A stretch of 2,561 nt of DNA. It comes from a virus (Duplodnaviria > Heunggongvirae > Uroviricota > Caudoviricetes). Below, piece after piece: positions 1 to 2,561 of the stretch. Numbering within the stretch: the stretch's first letter is position 1; each line of letters begins with the position of its first letter. The notes beneath the pieces were generated by a model. It saw nothing but the letters and a program-made list of their open reading frames with translations. It had not been told where the DNA came from and did no database searches. The stretch is from the IMG/VR virus record IMGVR_UViG_2778261535_000016. The stretch is one strand, 5' to 3'. A program made the translations under genes and the position numbers.

Positions 1-564
1 GTACCAGATAACAGGCCAACTCAGATTTATGCTGTTTCAGGCTCAATAAACACCTCAGATGGTAGGGAAAAAAGCGACCCGCTAACTACGAGTGAACTCA
101 GTCTGAATATGTCCCCTGGTTATGAAGGTGATGCAATTTTGGATGCATGGGGAGATATCAGGATCGTAGCTTTTCGCTGGCTTGCGGCCGTCAGAGAAAA
201 GGGAGATGGTGCCCGCTGGCATTTTGGTGTCATAGCACAACAGGTAAGAGATACTTTTCTCGCACATGGGGTTGATGGAACCCGGTTTGGTCTTCTCTGT
301 TACGATGAATGGGATGATCAATACGAGCCAGTGATGGCGGTAAGGACGATTACTGAAGTTGTGGATGGTGTTGAAATTGAAAGGGAAGAAGAATACGAAA
401 CAGAAGAGCGAACTCTGGTACGCAAGGCCGGAAATAGGTGGGGGATTCGTGCTGACCAGTGTTTATGGCTTGAGTCTGCTTATTTGCGTAGAAGAATCGA
501 AAAAATAGAGTCACATCTTGCGGAGCTGAATAATTTGCTGAATCCGGAGGGGGGATCTAAGTAG
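1..564 (+). CDS. 3' portion of a larger gene whose 5' end lies outside the window; probable phage tail fiber/tailspike C-terminal domain resembling an S74-type intramolecular chaperone (auto-cleaving) domain
   Basis: Frame 1 is open from base 1 with no stop until TAG at 562-564; the ORF track starts at the first ATG (109) but the frame continues upstream. The translation contains ...FGVIAQQVRD... and a C-terminal ...YLRRRIEKIESHLAELNNLL helix-like segment, a pattern I associate with the chaperone-of-endosialidase (peptidase S74) C-terminal domains of tail fibers. The canonical Ser-Lys dyad cannot be confirmed by eye. An acidic stretch EIEREEEYETEE is present. Confidence 0.55.
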   Translation, partial: VPDNRPTQIYAVSGSINTSDGREKSDPLTTSELSLNMSPGYEGDAILDAWGDIRIVAFRWLAAVREKGDGARWHFGVIAQQVRDTFLAHGVDGTRFGLLCYDEWDDQYEPVMAVRTITEVVDGVEIEREEEYETEERTLVRKAGNRWGIRADQCLWLESAYLRRRIEKIESHLAELNNLLNPEGGSK

Positions 565-740
565 TCTGCTTGCTTATTGCACAGTACGTGAAGCTAATTC
601 AATTGTAACTGAGAGGAACACTAGACCATTTTCTAAACGTAATTTTCATTGCCGTAGAAGGTAGAAATACAGTGCTTTGAGGTAACTATTATTCATAAAT
701 GGTTTATTATGTGTGCGTCTTCAATAGTAAGGAGATTGTT
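565..740 (+). promoter_or_regulatory. AT-rich intergenic region upstream of the lysis cassette; probable site of the lysis-operon promoter and/or upstream terminator (no hexamers confidently assignable)
   Basis: 176 bp non-coding gap between the stop at 562-564 and the first lysis-gene start region. It is visibly more AT-rich than the flanking coding sequence and contains a near-tandem GTAGAA-g-GTAGAA at 654-666. No well-spaced sigma70 -35/-10 pair was found by eye. Confidence 0.3.
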
Positions 741-779
741 ATGCGTAATAAATGGTGTCCATTATGTCAGCTCATCTAA
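741..779 (+). other. 12-codon upstream ORF (MRNKWCPLCQLI) preceded by a consensus Shine-Dalgarno, overlapping the start of the first membrane-protein gene in a different frame
   Basis: AAGGAG at 729-734 followed after a 6-nt spacer by ATG at 741; frame 0 reads 12 codons to TAA at 777-779. The membrane-protein ORF begins at ATG 752 or 764 in frame 2, inside this mini-ORF. Confidence 0.3.
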
Positions 780-1168
780 CCACTGACCATCTAAATCAAT
801 GGCTTAGCATGAGCTCTTTTGCTGCTGTTATCGTAGGCGTTCCGCCAGAAGTGGCGCTCGGTGCTTTGGCTGGCGCGGTGATTTTTGTTACCTCTGCAGT
901 AGAGTACCCCATCCGTCGCCGGGTGCTCCTGTCGATGCTCAGCTTTCTTTGCGGCCTTCTCTTTTACAAACCAGCAGCATCAATTCTTATCGGCATAGCC
1001 AGCCTGATCCCTACCATCACGCAGGACTCTTTTGAAAAAGGGATTGTTTTCTCTGCAGGCGCATTCGTGTCAGCAATTGTCGCTGTGCGTATTGGTATAT
1101 GGCTCTATCACCGTTCCGATAATCCACGCGAGTTAATTCCGGGGAGAAAAGACGATGGTAACGCATGA
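752..1168 (+). CDS. putative holin: small polytopic membrane protein (138 aa, about 4 hydrophobic segments, charged C-terminal tail)
   Basis: Hydrophobic segments at roughly residues 18-50 (interrupted by PPE), 57-71, 75-89 and 97-119, followed by a hydrophilic charged tail [19 protein letters not shown]. GxxxG/small-xxx-small motifs (GALAG, SAGAFVSA) are present. Sits immediately upstream of, and co-oriented with, the endolysin. The start is ambiguous: ATG 752 (MVSIM...) or in-frame ATG 764 (MSAHL...). Confidence 0.6.
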   Translation: MVSIMSAHLTTDHLNQWLSMSSFAAVIVGVPPEVALGALAGAVIFVTSAVEYPIRRRVLLSMLSFLCGLLFYKPAASILIGIASLIPTITQDSFEKGIVFSAGAFVSAIVAVRIGIWLYHRSDNPRELIPGRKDDGNA

Positions 1169-1463
1169 GTTTTTTTTGCTTATCACCAATGCAGTTATTT
1201 GCACTGGCATAGCAATTCGCGTTGTCACATTCCGGCGTAACGGCTCTCAACACAGAAGGTGGGGAGGATGGCTTGCTTATTTCCTGATTGTTGCTGCGGC
1301 CAGTATTCCTGTTCGTGTCGCCTATGCAATCTGGTTACGTACGCCAATGGCTGTGGATTTATCCGAGGTCATTATCAACGCTGTCATGCTAGCTGCGGTT
1401 ATTAAAACGCGCGGTAACGTCGTTCAGATTTTCAAAGTATCGAGGTCTAAACATGGAGATTAA
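1155..1463 (+). CDS. second small membrane protein (102 aa, 2-3 TMDs, basic C-terminus); holin/antiholin-like partner, role unresolved
   Basis: SD-like GGGGAG at 1141-1146 with an 8-nt spacer to ATG 1155. Overlaps the upstream gene by 14 nt and the endolysin start by 11 nt. Hydrophobic segments at about residues 6-24, 39-61 and 69-83, with a basic loop [12 protein letters not shown] and a basic tail [19 protein letters not shown]. Confidence 0.55.
   Translation: MVTHEFFLLITNAVICTGIAIRVVTFRRNGSQHRRWGGWLAYFLIVAAASIPVRVAYAIWLRTPMAVDLSEVIINAVMLAAVIKTRGNVVQIFKVSRSKHGD
1170..1177 (+). repeat. T8 homopolymer tract at the junction of the two membrane-protein genes (codons 6-8 of the second gene)
   Basis: Directly visible run of eight T at 1170-1177, immediately after the upstream gene's TGA stop (1166-1168), encoding F-F-L in the 1155 frame. 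Confidence 0.9.
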
Positions 1464-2082
1464 ACAATTCCAGCGAGCTGCTGGTATCAGCGAGTCACTG
1501 TCCGCACGCTGGTTCTCGCATATAACGTCTGCGATGAAAGAGTTTGGTATCAGCAAACCAGAAGATCAGGCTATGTTTATTGCTCAGGTCGGGCATGAGT
1601 CTGGAGGCTTCACCCGGTTGCAGGAGAATTTCAACTACAGCGTCAGCGGACTGGCTAACTTTGTTCGGGCTGGGCGTCTCACTCAGGGACAGGCCAACGC
1701 ATTGGGGCGACGCGCAGGCGAACCACCATTGCCACCTGAGCGCCAGAGAGCTATTGCCAATCTGGTGTACAGCAAACGCATGGGGAACAATGCCCCCGGC
1801 GATGGCTGGAATTACCGAGGTCGCGGACTTATCCAGATTACCGGTTTGAATAACTATCGTGACTGCGGAAACGGCTTGAAAGTGGACTTGCTGGAGAATC
1901 CTGAACTGCTGGCGCAGGACGAATACGCGGCTCGTAGCGCGGCGTGGTTCTTTGCCAGCAAAGGATGCATGAAGTATACCGGTGATATTGCACGTGTAAC
2001 TCTGATTATCAATGGTGGCCGGAACGGCATCGACGACCGGCGCGCGCGGTACGTCACTGCCAGTAAGGTGCTGGCTATATGA
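1453..2082 (+). CDS. endolysin, glycoside hydrolase family 19 (chitinase-like lysozyme) type; cytoplasmic, no signal peptide or SAR domain
   Basis: 209-aa product with the GH19 signature [12 protein letters not shown] (Glu49 codon at 1597-1599), a second Glu at position 58 (LQENFNY, codon 1624-1626), and [12 protein letters not shown] and INGG motifs. The N-terminus [16 protein letters not shown] is hydrophilic. GAGG at 1442-1445 lies 7 nt before the ATG. The stop TGA 2080-2082 overlaps the next start as ATGA. Confidence 0.92.
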   Translation: MEIKQFQRAAGISESLSARWFSHITSAMKEFGISKPEDQAMFIAQVGHESGGFTRLQENFNYSVSGLANFVRAGRLTQGQANALGRRAGEPPLPPERQRAIANLVYSKRMGNNAPGDGWNYRGRGLIQITGLNNYRDCGNGLKVDLLENPELLAQDEYAARSAAWFFASKGCMKYTGDIARVTLIINGGRNGIDDRRARYVTASKVLAI

Positions 2083-2561
2083 TCTGGGAATTCGTAAAAG
2101 CATATTGGAAACAACTGCTTATCGTGGTGATGCTTGCTGCTCTGTTCATCGTCGGAGTGGTTGCCTGGAATATACACGGCAGTCGCCAGTACGATGCCGG
2201 GTATGCGCAGGCGGAAGAAGACCGCAAAGCCGAAGAAGACAAAGTTCGTCAGTACTACGAACAGGAGAAAGTGACCAATGAACGTGAAGCTCAGCAGAGG
2301 ATCGACCAGGCGCGCAATGATGCTCTTGATGCTGCCGCTCGTGCTGGCAGGTTGCAGCAACAACTCTTTGCCATCCGTGAGCAGCTCAGGCAGTATAACG
2401 CCATTGTCGGCGCTGGGACGTCAGCCGCAGACACCGGAGTTTTGCTTGCCGACGTGCTCAGCAAATCTCTCGAGAGAAACAGACAACTGGCAGAGTATGC
2501 TGACCGGGCAGCCGAAGCCGGAAGAGTCTGCGAAAAACAGTATGACACCCTGACAAGATAG
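2079..2561 (+). CDS. Rz: i-spanin (Rz-like): N-terminal transmembrane anchor plus periplasmic coiled-coil domain
   Basis: 160-aa product with a single N-terminal hydrophobic segment [18 protein letters not shown] (residues about 13-30), then an Ala/Glu/Gln/Arg-rich sequence typical of a coiled coil, and a Cys near the C-terminus (RVCEKQYD). ATG 2079 overlaps the endolysin stop (ATGA). Contains an embedded lipoprotein ORF in the +1 frame. Ends at TAG 2559-2561. Confidence 0.85.
   Translation: MIWEFVKAYWKQLLIVVMLAALFIVGVVAWNIHGSRQYDAGYAQAEEDRKAEEDKVRQYYEQEKVTNEREAQQRIDQARNDALDAAARAGRLQQQLFAIREQLRQYNAIVGAGTSAADTGVLLADVLSKSLERNRQLAEYADRAAEAGRVCEKQYDTLTR
2278..2553 (+). CDS. Rz1: o-spanin (Rz1-like) outer-membrane lipoprotein, entirely embedded in the +1 frame of the i-spanin gene
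   Basis: AGGAG at 2263-2267, 10 nt before ATG 2278. Product [26 protein letters not shown]... has a basic n-region, hydrophobic h-region and lipobox L-A-G-C (Cys26 codon 2353-2355). Ser at +2 (not Asp) is consistent with outer-membrane sorting. The 66-aa mature part is Pro/Ser-rich with two further Cys (C56, C60). Confidence 0.85.
   Translation: MNVKLSRGSTRRAMMLLMLPLVLAGCSNNSLPSVSSSGSITPLSALGRQPQTPEFCLPTCSANLSRETDNWQSMLTGQPKPEESAKNSMTP

Noticed and set aside
82-321. 79-aa minus-strand ORF inside the tail-fiber-like gene
   Set aside because: Lies wholly antisense within a longer open + strand frame and has no SD or recognisable features.
577-610. TTGCAC (577-582) as a -35 element of a sigma70 promoter
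   Set aside because: No acceptable -10 hexamer 16-18 bp downstream, so this cannot be called a promoter from sequence alone.
1141-1180. T8 run as the U-tract of an intrinsic terminator
   Set aside because: No GC-rich stem-loop precedes the T-run, and it lies inside overlapping coding sequence.
1017-1253. 78-aa minus-strand ORF across the junction of the two membrane-protein genes
   Set aside because: Antisense to the co-oriented, translationally coupled + strand genes, with no supporting signals.
752-1463. Small overlapping gene pair as a toxin-antitoxin or defence module
   Set aside because: Both products are polytopic membrane proteins with holin-like charged tails, and they are fused by overlaps to an endolysin and spanins. 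A lysis function fits better than a TA or defence system.
1453-1550. Possible signal-anchor-release (SAR) domain on the endolysin
   Set aside because: The N-terminal 30 residues are hydrophilic and charged ([21 protein letters not shown]...) with no hydrophobic stretch, so the endolysin is a canonical holin-dependent cytoplasmic enzyme.
1544-1849. 101-aa + strand ORF in an alternative frame inside the endolysin gene
   Set aside because: Out of frame within a gene with strong family motifs. Unlike Rz1 it has no SD, no signal peptide and no recognisable features.
1495-2103. 202-aa ORF on the minus strand spanning the endolysin gene
   Set aside because: It is antisense to a + strand frame carrying unambiguous GH19 motifs. 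Its product is Arg/Ser/Gln-rich with no recognisable domain or start context, so it is most likely a shadow ORF.
2012-2281. 89-aa + strand ORF bridging the endolysin end and Rz start
   Set aside because: Arg/Cys-rich low-complexity translation in an alternative frame. The ATGA-coupled endolysin/Rz arrangement explains this region better.
1854-2363. 169-aa minus-strand ORF overlapping the endolysin 3' end and Rz
   Set aside because: Antisense to two well-supported + strand genes with conserved operon structure. Treated as a non-coding shadow frame.
2291-2548. 85-aa minus-strand ORF inside Rz/Rz1
   Set aside because: Antisense shadow of the spanin region, where two overlapping + strand frames are already accounted for.
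1-2561. CRISPR array, tRNA/rRNA or transposase/IS element
   Set aside because: No repeat-spacer periodicity, no cloverleaf-compatible segments, no terminal inverted repeats and no transposase-like ORF were seen.

Overview
The window reads as a bacteriophage or prophage late-gene segment, all on the + strand: the 3' end of a probable tail fiber/tailspike gene (1..564, running off the 5' edge), a 176-bp AT-rich intergenic region, then a tightly overlapping four-gene lysis cassette. The cassette is two small polytopic membrane proteins (752..1168 and 1155..1463, holin-like), a family-19 glycoside hydrolase (GH19) endolysin (1453..2082), and an Rz-like i-spanin (2079..2561) with an Rz1-like o-spanin lipoprotein fully embedded in its +1 frame (2278..2553). 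The endolysin and spanin calls rest on motifs readable directly in the translation. The roles of the two membrane proteins and of the upstream ORF's C-terminal domain are inferences. I see no CRISPR array, RNA gene, transposase or recognisable defence system; the least-understood part is the pair of membrane proteins and the unusual translation-initiation arrangement in front of the first one. No database search was possible, so all family assignments are from motif recognition and memory.
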